A DNA stretch of 64,000 bases from contig PNEW01000002.1 in NCBI GenBank assembly GCA_002922725.1, positions 5,811-69,810 on the forward strand, in the 5' to 3' direction. Made by a program: the position numbers and the translations under genes. Below the pieces are notes generated by a model. That model was not told the DNA's origin. It made no database searches and worked only from the letters and a program-made list of their open reading frames with translations. Positions 53,211-62,843 of this stretch are shown here, piece by piece. The stretch comes from Verrucomicrobia bacterium Opi.OSU.00C (GTDB lineage Bacteria; Verrucomicrobiota; Verrucomicrobiia; Opitutales; PNEW01). Within the stretch, counting starts at the first letter, position 1, and each line of letters begins with the position of its first letter.

Positions 53211-53690
53211 TTGGACTTTAAATTAATAAAGCAAATTGTAGAATTAATGAAAAGATCCGGTCTCACTGAATTTGAGGTCGAAGAAGAAGGCCTAAAAATT
53301 CGTATTTGCCGAAAGAATGGGGTCGATACTCCTCAGATCTTTACTACAGCTACCTCTCCACCTTATCCTGTTATCTCATCTGAATTAGGGCAGAAAGAGA
53401 TTGTCACTCAGAACGAACAAAAGGGGGCAGAAACTCAAGAAGATAAAAATATTATTTTTATAGATTCACCGATGGTGGGGACTTTTTATCGTTCACCTAC
53501 CCCCGATAGTCCCCCTTTTATCGAAGTAGGAGCTGAAGTGAATACTGAAACAATAGTGTGTATTGTTGAAGCGATGAAGGTAATGAATGAAATTCAAGCA
53601 GAGGTTAAAGGTAAAGTTATTGAAATACTCGTGGAAAATGGTGCGACAGTTGATTACGGACAACCAATTTTTAAACTAAAAAAAGCCTGA
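53211..53690 (+). CDS. accB: acetyl-CoA carboxylase biotin carboxyl carrier protein
   Basis: 159 aa with a TTG start. Pro/Ala-type linker and the biotinylation motif VEAMKVMNEI. Confidence 0.9.
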   Translation: MDFKLIKQIVELMKRSGLTEFEVEEEGLKIRICRKNGVDTPQIFTTATSPPYPVISSELGQKEIVTQNEQKGAETQEDKNIIFIDSPMVGTFYRSPTPDSPPFIEVGAEVNTETIVCIVEAMKVMNEIQAEVKGKVIEILVENGATVDYGQPIFKLKKA

Positions 53691-53700
53691 GTATTAAATC

Positions 53701-55089
53701 ATGTTTGAAAAAATTCTCATCGCTAATCGCGGCGAGATTGCACTGCGAATTATTCGCACGTGCAAAGAGCTCGGTATTAAAACAGTCGCTGTTTATTCTG
53801 AAGCTGATGAACAGTCTTTACATGTGCAACTTGCAGATGGAGCCATTTGCATCGGACCAGCTCAAAGTTCGGAAAGTTATCTTAAGCCTGACCGTATAAT
53901 CAGTGCGGCAGAAATTGCCGATGTGGATGCTATTCACCCTGGTTATGGTTTCCTTGCAGAAAAAGCAGAATTTGCAGAACAATGTGAAAGTTGTAATATT
54001 AATTTTATCGGCCCCCCATCTGATGTAATAAGTAAGATGGGTGATAAATCTATAGCGCGCGAAACTATTAGGAAATCTCGCATACCAGTAATCCCTGGAA
54101 GTGAAGGCACTCTTGAATCTAGGTCAGAGGCCCTTAAAATTGCCCAAAAAATTGGTTTCCCTGTAATAATTAAAGCTGTAGCTGGTGGTGGCGGCAAAGG
54201 TATGCGCTTAGCGCGTAATGCAATGACATTCTCCAAAGAATTTGATACCGCACAGTTAGAAGCTGAGAAAGCCTTTGGTGATAATTCTGTTTACGTTGAA
54301 AAGTATATAACTAATCCAAGGCATATTGAGTTTCAGATCATTGCCGACAAGCAAGGAAAAACCTTACATCTAGGAGAACGTGATTGCTCGGTTCAACGAA
54401 GATATCAAAAACTAATAGAGGAAGCACCTTCCCCATTTCTCACACCAGATCTACGTAAAAAGATGGGCCGTTATGCCATCCGTGCAGCAGAGGCCTGTAA
54501 CTACGTAAACGCAGGAACTATCGAATTTCTTGTCGATAAAGACGGTAATTATTATTTTATCGAAATGAATACCCGCATACAAGTTGAACATGGGGTTACG
54601 GAAGAAGTAACAGGAATAGATTTAATTAAGGAACAAATACTAATTGCCGCAGGTGAATCGCTGAAGTTTGATCAACGGGACATAAAAATTAATCAACATG
54701 CTATCGAAACCAGAATCTGTGCAGAAGATCCAGATCGCAATTTTTCCCCCAGCCCAGGTGAAATCACCCTTTATTACCAACCTGGTGGTCAAGGCGTACG
54801 AGTTGACACACATATATATGGCGGTTATTATATTCCAACTCATTATGATAGTATGATTGGGAAACTTATTACCACGGGGAAAACACGCGATCTAGCTCTG
54901 GATCGAATGCATCGCGCACTTGGCGAATATATTATTCGTGGTGTAAAAACTACCATTCCTTTTAATATGGCAGTAGTGAATGATCCCATATTTCGTCGAG
55001 TTGGTGCAACTACCAATTTTATCGATGAGTTTCTCAACGGTAAACCTAAAAACTTTTTTAACAATAAACCCATTAGGACCCATGAGTAA
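53701..55089 (+). CDS. accC: acetyl-CoA carboxylase biotin carboxylase subunit
   Basis: 462 aa. [42 protein letters not shown]. Confidence 0.95.
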   Translation: MFEKILIANRGEIALRIIRTCKELGIKTVAVYSEADEQSLHVQLADGAICIGPAQSSESYLKPDRIISAAEIADVDAIHPGYGFLAEKAEFAEQCESCNINFIGPPSDVISKMGDKSIARETIRKSRIPVIPGSEGTLESRSEALKIAQKIGFPVIIKAVAGGGGKGMRLARNAMTFSKEFDTAQLEAEKAFGDNSVYVEKYITNPRHIEFQIIADKQGKTLHLGERDCSVQRRYQKLIEEAPSPFLTPDLRKKMGRYAIRAAEACNYVNAGTIEFLVDKDGNYYFIEMNTRIQVEHGVTEEVTGIDLIKEQILIAAGESLKFDQRDIKINQHAIETRICAEDPDRNFSPSPGEITLYYQPGGQGVRVDTHIYGGYYIPTHYDSMIGKLITTGKTRDLALDRMHRALGEYIIRGVKTTIPFNMAVVNDPIFRRVGATTNFIDEFLNGKPKNFFNNKPIRTHE

Positions 55090-55556
55090 GAAAAAATCAA
55101 ATAAAAGGGATGATTCAGACAAAGCTGTAAAGATTCGTGATATTCCCACCATTAATGAAGAGTCATCCTCAATGGGTGAAATCAAAATTAACCATACAGT
55201 GATCGCAAGTATCGTAAAACTTGCTGCTCTTGAAGTTCCTGGTGTCGTCATGGTTGCTGGTGGCTTCGTTGATGAACTTGCGGGTATGTTTTCAAAAAAA
55301 AGATTCGGGCACTGGGATTCGAGTCGAAGAAAATGAGAATGGTCACTACGAAATCATGATCCGAGTCATCCTTTCCTTTGGAATTGAGCTTGCAAGAACC
55401 GCTTACGAAATCCAAACCTCAGTGCGCGACCAAGTTAGTAAAATGACAAATAAAGATGTCGCTAAAGTTGATGTTATTATTGATGGGGTGAAGACACACG
55501 AATCAACCACAGAAGAAGATAAAAATAATTGGGTTGAACCTGAACATACTGACTAA
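55082..55556 (+). pseudogene. Asp23/Gls24 (YqhY-like) family protein, frameshifted in this assembly
   Basis: From ATG 55082 (8-nt overlap with the accC stop), frame 2 reads ...[42 protein letters not shown] and then stops after 9 more codons. Frame 0 continues [27 protein letters not shown]...VKMTNKDVAKVDVIIDGV to 55556. Deleting one A of the A8 run 55294-55301 gives 157 aa with standard Asp23 architecture. Confidence 0.8.
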
Positions 55557-55577
55557 TAAAAATCTGGATAAATACCT

Positions 55578-56081
55578 TTGGAATACATCACTAGAGTCCT
55601 TGATTCGCTGCCAAATATCCCTTATCCTTGGGCTGGAGCGGGCGTTTTCCTCTTGCTTCTTATTTTCTGGTTCTTAAGAAAACGACAACCCCGTTCATTC
55701 ACTGCTTTTATAAGTAATTCTGGCCAAATAATGATTACGCGATCAGCTATTAGTGAATTGGCTCAGAGAATATGTGATCAAACCGATTCGGTTGGAAAAT
55801 GTTCAACCCAGGTAAAAACCCAGGGTGGGATATTGAAAATTGAAGTTCGAATTCAAATGGTGACTGGTTCCATACTTGGTGATGTAACTTCAGATCTACA
55901 AAACAGACTCAACCATGCTTTAGGTGAAATTCTGGGAATTGAAAATTTGGGAGAAATTAACGTGATTGTTACCGGGTTTATTGGTAATCATGAATCTTCA
56001 CCTCTACCGTCAAGCACTGAATCAGTCGAAAGTGATTATTCACAGGATTTTTCAGACCTCGATACTAAATCAGTCAATTAA
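55578..56081 (+). CDS. membrane-anchored protein, possibly the Asp23 partner AmaP
   Basis: 167 aa with a TTG start. N-terminal TM (WAGAGVFLLLLIFWFL) then a soluble domain. Position directly after an Asp23-family gene. Weak sequence basis. Confidence 0.35.
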   Translation: MEYITRVLDSLPNIPYPWAGAGVFLLLLIFWFLRKRQPRSFTAFISNSGQIMITRSAISELAQRICDQTDSVGKCSTQVKTQGGILKIEVRIQMVTGSILGDVTSDLQNRLNHALGEILGIENLGEINVIVTGFIGNHESSPLPSSTESVESDYSQDFSDLDTKSVN

Positions 56082-56230
56082 TATTTACTCCCTTAAAGAA
56101 GATGCGCCTCTCTTTCTTCATTAAGAATAATCTTATAGTTTTTTCACTATACAAAGAGTATCCAAGGAGTATCTTTATTTAAGTTATGTTGCCGCAGATT
56201 CGCAGAATGTGACTGACTATATTGACCATT

Positions 56231-56869
56231 ATGTCCTATGATCCAAAACATGCACGGTTTTATGGTATCCTTGATACCACATATGTAAAAACCAATCAAT
56301 GGGTTAAAAAATGTCAGGCACTACTTGATGGTGGAGCAGACATTGTACAACTACGTGCTAAAAAAGAATCCCATGATGAACGCGTTAAACTTCTTGAAAA
56401 GATTCTCCCTCTTTTTAATAAAAAATTGGAAAGACTAATCATTAATGACGATCTTGAACTTACCCTGAAATACCCAAAGTTGGGTTTACATATTGGTCAG
56501 GATGACACACCTCCTTCAGAAGCACGAAGTCGAATGGGTCCTGATCGACTCCTTGGGCTATCTTCACACTCCTTAGAGCAAGCTGAAGAGGCAATAGCCC
56601 ACGGTCAAATTCTTAACTACTTTTGTATTGGGCCTGTTTTTGCAACAATGACTAAAGCTGATTATACTCCTGTTGGATTGAACCTTCTACGGGCAGTCTC
56701 ACAGCTAAAGACGGATCTTCCTTTGTTTAGTATCGGAGGCATCAATCGTTATAATCTTAGATCCATAAAGGATGCCGGAGCAAAACGCGTTGTTGTAGTA
56801 TCCGATGTACTATGCGCTAAGGACACAGCAGCAGTGGTTCGTGACATCCGTACTACATTTGCAAATTAG
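56231..56869 (+). CDS. thiE: thiamine-phosphate synthase
   Basis: The ATG at 56231 gives MSYDPKHARFYGILD. Contains VQLRAKK, INDDLEL, GLHIGQDD and GPVFAT..K motifs. Confidence 0.9.
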   Translation: MSYDPKHARFYGILDTTYVKTNQWVKKCQALLDGGADIVQLRAKKESHDERVKLLEKILPLFNKKLERLIINDDLELTLKYPKLGLHIGQDDTPPSEARSRMGPDRLLGLSSHSLEQAEEAIAHGQILNYFCIGPVFATMTKADYTPVGLNLLRAVSQLKTDLPLFSIGGINRYNLRSIKDAGAKRVVVVSDVLCAKDTAAVVRDIRTTFAN

Positions 56870-56909
56870 TCTTCAAATTTATAATCTCTAAAGAATAAAA
56901 TAAAGGGAT

Positions 56910-58079
56910 TTAGCGAATGTGCAAACTGACAAAGTATGTTACAGTAGCAAAAATAAATAAAAATCCCCCTAAAACCCCAAAAGTTAAAGATAGACCAAAT
57001 TGATCAGTTAATGGTTGTGCAATAAATGGTGAAAAAAATCTTCCTAAAAAATGGCATGTTGTGAGACTTCCAATCGCTCTCCCCCGATAAGCTTCTGGTG
57101 ATACTGTATTCACCCAAAGATTAATGTTTGGTAAAAAAAGTGCCATCCCCGATGACATAAAAAGCAATCCTACAATTGCCAAGGTAAAATTTGTTGATAA
57201 GTAGAGGACAAAAAAGCCGAGAGAGGTTAAATAAATAGAAGCAATTATAATACCAATAAAACTAAATTTGCTCTTAATGATTCCATAACGTGAAGCAATT
57301 AATGTAATACAAAGTGTAGATAAAGCCATTGCTAACCCTAATTTCGTACTACTTGTCACTGATAGTTCCTCAGCAAAGAAGGGAAATAAAATCCCTGTAA
57401 GAAATGAGGTCAAAGTTATTATAAAAGTTAGCCCATAAATAGTAATGATTTTTATATAAGGGAATACCTCTTCAACAGGTATACTTTCATTAGCTTTATA
57501 AGTTTTTCTCCGACGGGGTTCAGTGATGAAATAATAACTTAACGGTAAGATAATAAATGCGATGCCGTATAAATAAAATGAATAGCGCCAATTAAGATCA
57601 GCTAATGTGCCACCCAAAATTAAAAATATCATCGCGCAAAAGCTCATCGATGAAACCTGAATGCCTATGATTTTTTGACGTTCTTCACTTTTATAGTAAT
57701 CCGCGATCAAGGCAATGCATGCAGTGCTGATCCCTCCTACAGCCAATCCAAGAATTGCTCTTCCTGCAATCAACGTATAAAGTGAATCCAGATAACAGGC
57801 AGAAGTGCCACTCACTCCGAACAGTAAAATAGACCCAATAAGTAGTCGCTTACGCCCAAAACGGTCGATCATAAATCCTGCAAGTGGTGCACCAATCGCC
57901 GTAAAGAGGTAAGGCATTGTTAAAAATAATTTGACCAACAGCTCGGCATATGCATCACCTTCAAAAAATTTAAGGATTTTTGGTAAAGCTGGAATCACAG
58001 TCGCCCCCGTAGTAGGAGGTAAACAACTCATCAATAGTAATACAGCTAAACGTAATGAATTGCCTTTCATGATAATCAA
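56910..58079 (-). CDS. MFS transporter
   Basis: 389 aa with about 12 hydrophobic segments. MFS loop motif GFMIDRFGRKRLL between TM2 and TM3. Confidence 0.85.
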   Translation of the reverse strand: MIIMKGNSLRLAVLLLMSCLPPTTGATVIPALPKILKFFEGDAYAELLVKLFLTMPYLFTAIGAPLAGFMIDRFGRKRLLIGSILLFGVSGTSACYLDSLYTLIAGRAILGLAVGGISTACIALIADYYKSEERQKIIGIQVSSMSFCAMIFLILGGTLADLNWRYSFYLYGIAFIILPLSYYFITEPRRRKTYKANESIPVEEVFPYIKIITIYGLTFIITLTSFLTGILFPFFAEELSVTSSTKLGLAMALSTLCITLIASRYGIIKSKFSFIGIIIASIYLTSLGFFVLYLSTNFTLAIVGLLFMSSGMALFLPNINLWVNTVSPEAYRGRAIGSLTTCHFLGRFFSPFIAQPLTDQFGLSLTFGVLGGFLFIFATVTYFVSLHIR

Positions 58080-58415
58080 TTTCCCTTTCCTTTTTTATTG
58101 CGACCTGGATAGGAAGTAGTCAAATGACAAAAGATAGGATCAACAGTGTAACTCATACTTTCGCTCACATTCTTACTATCATTTAGAACTGGCATTTTAA
58201 AACTTTACCGATTTCAAGATTCAACAAAAGCTGATTAACTATACTTCCAGTAATCATCAGCAAGGATGTAACTAATGGAAAGATTGGTTGCGGCTTATAA
58301 CCCATTACCTTAATCACTATAAATTAAAACTTATCCGTAAGAAATATATATTTTATTACATTACAGAAATAATTACTTTCACTTTAAAACTTAAAGTGCT
58401 ATCAGTTGTCATTTC

Positions 58416-59162
58416 ATGAAACGTCTTAAAGACAAAATTGCAATCATTACTGGGGCGGGAATGGGCTTAGGAGAATCTATTGCTATTCTCTTTGCCTCAG
58501 AAGGTGCAAAGGTTATCATAGCTGACATCAATAAAAATGCAGGAGAGGAAACAGTTGCTAGAATCAAAGAATTTGGAGGTGAAGCAATTTTTGTCCTTGC
58601 AGATGTGCAAAAGGAAATCGATGCAGAAATGATTACCCATGTGGCCAACGAACAGTTCGGTAGACTCGACATTCTTGTCAATAACGTCGGAGTTCAAGTG
58701 AATAAGACTGTCATTGAGACCACGGAAAAAGAATGGGACTATGTCCTTAATACAAATTTAAAAAGTATGTTTTTCTGCTCGAAATATGCAATACCCCAGA
58801 TGGTAAATACAGGTGGGGGAAATATTATATGTGTATCATCACTTTCAGGATTAGTTGGCAACAGCAAGCAAGCATCCTATAATGTGAGTAAACATGGGGT
58901 CATTGGACTGACACGATGCATGGCCATCGATCATGCCTCCGATAATATTCGTGTTAATGCCATATGCCCGGGATCAATGAATACTCCTTTAACTCAGAGT
59001 ATTCCCCAGGAAAAGCTTGAGCCCTATTACAACTTAAATGTGCAAAAACGTTTCGCGAAACCAATTGAAGTTGCACGTGCCGTGCTCTTTCTCGCCAGCG
59101 ATGAAGCATCTTTTGTCACCGGATCTGTGATGGTTGCAGATGCTGGATATACAACAATGTAA
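58416..59162 (+). CDS. SDR family oxidoreductase
   Basis: 248 aa. TGAGMGLG, NNVG and YNVSKHG catalytic motifs. Confidence 0.9.
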   Translation: MKRLKDKIAIITGAGMGLGESIAILFASEGAKVIIADINKNAGEETVARIKEFGGEAIFVLADVQKEIDAEMITHVANEQFGRLDILVNNVGVQVNKTVIETTEKEWDYVLNTNLKSMFFCSKYAIPQMVNTGGGNIICVSSLSGLVGNSKQASYNVSKHGVIGLTRCMAIDHASDNIRVNAICPGSMNTPLTQSIPQEKLEPYYNLNVQKRFAKPIEVARAVLFLASDEASFVTGSVMVADAGYTTM

Positions 59163-59189
59163 CCGTATTAATTTTAATTTATTACAAAC

Positions 59190-60230
59190 ATGGCTTTGCG
59201 CGTAGGTATTATTGGCACCGGGACAATCGCTCTGGATCATGCTATGACCTGCTTGAATAATCCAAAGGTTGAATTGACCACGGTCTGCGATCTCTCGGCC
59301 GATGCCCTAGCCATATTTGGCGATCGATTCAACATTTCAAAACGCTATACGAACCTGGAAGCCTTTTTGAAAAAAGAACAGTTCGACATTGTTATTATTG
59401 CCACTTGGGGACCTTCACACGCTGAAGTCAGTATCGCTGCGGCAGCTTCAGGGAATGTCCGAGCCATTCTTTGTGAAAAACCCATCGCTAGTAATGCAAC
59501 TGAGTGTGAAGCGATGCTTACCACGGCACGAGAGAATAAAGTCTTGTTAATGGAAGGGTTTAAATGGCGACATGATCCACAACATATTAAAATAAAAGAG
59601 CTAATCGACTCTGGCCGCATTGGCAAGATTGTGTCTGTTCAAAGCACTTTTTCCTCACCCCTTGTTCGCTTTGCCGAGCCTGATAACTGGCGATACGATC
59701 GACAGCGTGGGGGCGGATCCGTGTATGACACTGCTTCCTACATCATCCATTTCTCGCGATTTATCATTGGAGAGGAACCGTATCGGGTTTATGCGGTCGG
59801 AAATTATATTACCTCATCCGATGTAGATATGTCGGCGGCGATCATGTTGGAATTTCCTGGAGGTGCGACCGCCAAATTAACCTCCAGCTACGAGTATGGA
59901 TATTGCCAGGCGACAGAGGTGCTCGGCCTGAAAGGATGGATTCGAGCCGACCTACCCTTTGATCAACGTAGTGTTAGGGAACAGGAATTTGTCGAAAAAG
60001 AAGATCTACCAGCCACACTTGAAATTTTTTATGACACATTTGACAAGGAAACCCTCAGTTTTACTCCCATTAACCAGTTTGCCATGCAACTCGACAATTT
60101 AGTTGAGTGCCTCGAAACGAACGCGCACCCCCGTATACCACCCGAATTCAGCCTCGGCAATATGCGAGTTATCGATGCTGTTTATGAGTCTATGAAAACA
60201 AAAAATCCGATTGAAATCGGATCAGGTTAA
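59190..60230 (+). CDS. Gfo/Idh/MocA family oxidoreductase
   Basis: 346 aa. N-terminal Rossmann RVGIIGTGTIA, and ILCEKPIA followed by EGFKWRHDP. Confidence 0.85.
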   Translation: MALRVGIIGTGTIALDHAMTCLNNPKVELTTVCDLSADALAIFGDRFNISKRYTNLEAFLKKEQFDIVIIATWGPSHAEVSIAAAASGNVRAILCEKPIASNATECEAMLTTARENKVLLMEGFKWRHDPQHIKIKELIDSGRIGKIVSVQSTFSSPLVRFAEPDNWRYDRQRGGGSVYDTASYIIHFSRFIIGEEPYRVYAVGNYITSSDVDMSAAIMLEFPGGATAKLTSSYEYGYCQATEVLGLKGWIRADLPFDQRSVREQEFVEKEDLPATLEIFYDTFDKETLSFTPINQFAMQLDNLVECLETNAHPRIPPEFSLGNMRVIDAVYESMKTKNPIEIGSG

Positions 60231-60438
60231 TGAGAATTATCAAGGTGCCATTTCAATACTCTGTAATTTCTGCCACAGTAAGAAATCTCCATATAGTATA
60301 TTGGATACGTCAGGAATGGTATTTGAGGTAATCAAAGATGTGGAGTTTGACTAAATATTCATCAGTTTTTAGTCTGTGTAACGACTTTAATAAGGATATT
60401 TATTAATTAATCTAAACATTAAAGAAAGGGGCTATAAA

Positions 60439-60960
60439 ATGAGTATGGTAATTACAATGGATCACGTAGCTGTCATGGTTAAGGATATTGAAAAATCGCT
60501 TCACTTTTATCGTGATTTACTGGGGCTTGAGGTCGTATCACCTGAAGAACATAACGATGGGCCAATATCTGAAATGGTTAATATGCCAAAGGTCCACATG
60601 CGCGAGTACCGATTACGTCCCAAAGGCGGTGTTCATGGCCACAACCAAAATGAAGGACCGGGTTTCACTTTTGATATTATACAATGGATAAATCCTGAAA
60701 GTCCTGTTAACCGCTATCCTCTTCACCATGTGCCCAGTGCCCATTTCTGCTTTGGGGTAGAAAATGTACCGGCCACTTACGAAAGGCTCAAAGCAGAAGG
60801 AGTTGAGTTTGTCTCATCACCCGTTAGTTTTTCTGGAGAAGGTGAATGGCATGTATTATTTTTCTATGATCCGGATGGTAATTTACTTGAATTGAACGAA
60901 ATGGGGACTGGAGCCCAAATGCCACACAATTATGATTGGGCAACAGCAAAAGCGTTGTAA
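60439..60960 (+). CDS. VOC (glyoxalase/bleomycin-resistance/dioxygenase) family protein
   Basis: 173 aa. MDHVAVMVKDIEKSLHFYRDLLGLEV, HFCFGV and DPDGNLLEL. Confidence 0.8.
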   Translation: MSMVITMDHVAVMVKDIEKSLHFYRDLLGLEVVSPEEHNDGPISEMVNMPKVHMREYRLRPKGGVHGHNQNEGPGFTFDIIQWINPESPVNRYPLHHVPSAHFCFGVENVPATYERLKAEGVEFVSSPVSFSGEGEWHVLFFYDPDGNLLELNEMGTGAQMPHNYDWATAKAL

Positions 60961-60995
60961 AACTACTAATTTATTCTCTTAACCTACTAATACTT

Positions 60996-61760
60996 ATGCA
61001 GACAAATAGAACACGAGAAAAGCTGAATGCGGGGCAGGCCGCTCTCGGCTCCTTTTTAGGTTTGGGTAGTCCCAACCTTGCAGAACTCATGTCGCAGGTC
61101 GGTCTTGACTTTTTGGTAATTGAAACAGAGCACAACGGCCTGGATTCAGCTGAAATTGAACACATGCTAATGGCCATAAAAGGGACCGATACGGTCCCCA
61201 TAGTCCGCATCCCTTCACATGACGCGGTGTATATTCAGCGGGCTCTTGATATGGGCGCAATGGGTATCATCGTACCTATGCTGAAAACCGCTGCCGAGGT
61301 TGAAGCCATAGTGGCCGCTACCCGCTACCCACCGCACGGCACACGGGGTTGGGGACCAATGCGGGCCAGCCAGTATACCATCGATAATGATGATTATATA
61401 GAACGGGCTAATGACAATATACTCGTCAGCGGACTCCTTGAGACTAAAGAAGCCGTAGAAAACCTCGATGAAATTACTTCCATCCCCGGCCTTGACGCTC
61501 TTTATATCGGGATGTGGGATTTGTGTTTCTCAATGGGATTAAATCCTATAGAGATGCCGTTCCCAGAAACAGACGCGGTCATAGAACGTGCGTTGGAAAT
61601 CGGTAAAAAGAATGGAGTCGCCATAGGGATCGGTTCGAACAGCCCTGAAGAGTTAAAACAACTAAAGGCACAGGGCTTTACCTTTCTGGGATACGGACCC
61701 GACTACTATCTAGTATTAAATGCCATTAATGCCGGTGTGGAAGCATTCAATCAGCCTTAG
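60996..61760 (+). CDS. HpcH/HpaI family 2-keto-3-deoxy-acid aldolase
   Basis: The ATG at 60996 gives MQTNRTREKLNAGQAALGSFLGLGSP. Contains DFLVIETEHNG, VRIPS, ALDMGAMGIIVPM and YPPHGTRG. The upstream part of the track ORF overlaps the VOC gene. Confidence 0.85.
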   Translation: MQTNRTREKLNAGQAALGSFLGLGSPNLAELMSQVGLDFLVIETEHNGLDSAEIEHMLMAIKGTDTVPIVRIPSHDAVYIQRALDMGAMGIIVPMLKTAAEVEAIVAATRYPPHGTRGWGPMRASQYTIDNDDYIERANDNILVSGLLETKEAVENLDEITSIPGLDALYIGMWDLCFSMGLNPIEMPFPETDAVIERALEIGKKNGVAIGIGSNSPEELKQLKAQGFTFLGYGPDYYLVLNAINAGVEAFNQP

Positions 61761-61782
61761 GATATAAAGTCCTGAAAGAGAA

Positions 61783-62745
61783 ATGAGTGGCTATCTTCAA
61801 TTGAAAGATTCAACGGGACACCGGGGCGATAGTAAGCGCCTTGCGGAGATTCTCAATGAAGATGGTTATCTCTTTTTGCGACGCCTCGTCGATCCCGATC
61901 GTGCTTTACAGGTAAAAAGAGAGATCATGGTGATTCTGAAAGAGCATTATATTATTGAAGACAACAGCACGAATGACCCCCTGTGGAGCGGAGGCCCCCA
62001 CCCCACGGAAGAGGAATATATGCAGTACTATGATAAAGTCGTAAGACTCGACTCTTTTATTAGTTTAGCTCAATCACCAGAAATTATTTCCCTCATGGAA
62101 AGTGTTTTCGGAGCACCGGTTCAAGTATGGAAACAACGTCTCATCCGTGTCATGTGCCCCGACCCAGACGCTCCTGATGATATCGGCGTTGGCGCGCACC
62201 AGGATGGAGCAAAGGATCTTGGGTATGGTGCCGATAGATTTTATACCTGCTGGTTACCACTCATGGACATTGACGAGAAATTAGGCGGTCTTGCCATTGT
62301 AGTCGGATCTCACAAAATGGGATTTATGGAGCATGCGGGTTCCAATCCCAGCTCTTCTAAAGAAGCACGGTCCAAGGGGTTTGGGCTGGACATGAATAAG
62401 TTCACCTGGGCGACAAGCAATTACCATCCCGGTGATGCCATATTCTTCAGTCACGTTACGGCTCATCGTGGTCTCATCAATCGTTCCGACCGAATCAGAC
62501 TTTCGTGCGATTTTCGGTATCAAGCAATAAATGGCACTGTAAATTGGCTTGCTCACACGCGGGGGCCCGACGTACGGCGCGTTGCCCAGCAGATTGATGC
62601 GATCATCAACAGTCGTGCTCTCTACGTGACGACCCACGCTGACAAGGAAACCCTGGTTGAAGTTCGCCGACGAATGTTGGAGGAAAAAGCGACGAGTTTG
62701 CAACGTGCACAAGAACTGGTTACTGAGATTAGCAATAAACAGTAA
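61783..62745 (+). CDS. phytanoyl-CoA dioxygenase (PhyH) family oxygenase
   Basis: 320 aa. HxD in VGAHQDGA, a distal His in SHVTAHRG, and Arg in RLSCDFRY. Confidence 0.7.
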   Translation: MSGYLQLKDSTGHRGDSKRLAEILNEDGYLFLRRLVDPDRALQVKREIMVILKEHYIIEDNSTNDPLWSGGPHPTEEEYMQYYDKVVRLDSFISLAQSPEIISLMESVFGAPVQVWKQRLIRVMCPDPDAPDDIGVGAHQDGAKDLGYGADRFYTCWLPLMDIDEKLGGLAIVVGSHKMGFMEHAGSNPSSSKEARSKGFGLDMNKFTWATSNYHPGDAIFFSHVTAHRGLINRSDRIRLSCDFRYQAINGTVNWLAHTRGPDVRRVAQQIDAIINSRALYVTTHADKETLVEVRRRMLEEKATSLQRAQELVTEISNKQ

Positions 62746-62843
62746 TTTTCGTCCTCGTCCTGTTCCGTGGACGCGACGGAGCGTGTCTCTCCATTATTTC
62801 CTCGTACACGCATCCACATCTGCACCGAACTACAATTGTTTTC

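Noticed and set aside
56082-56230. A TPP riboswitch upstream of thiE.
   Set aside because: I looked for the conserved CTGAGA and ACCTGA-type core elements on the plus strand and did not find them.
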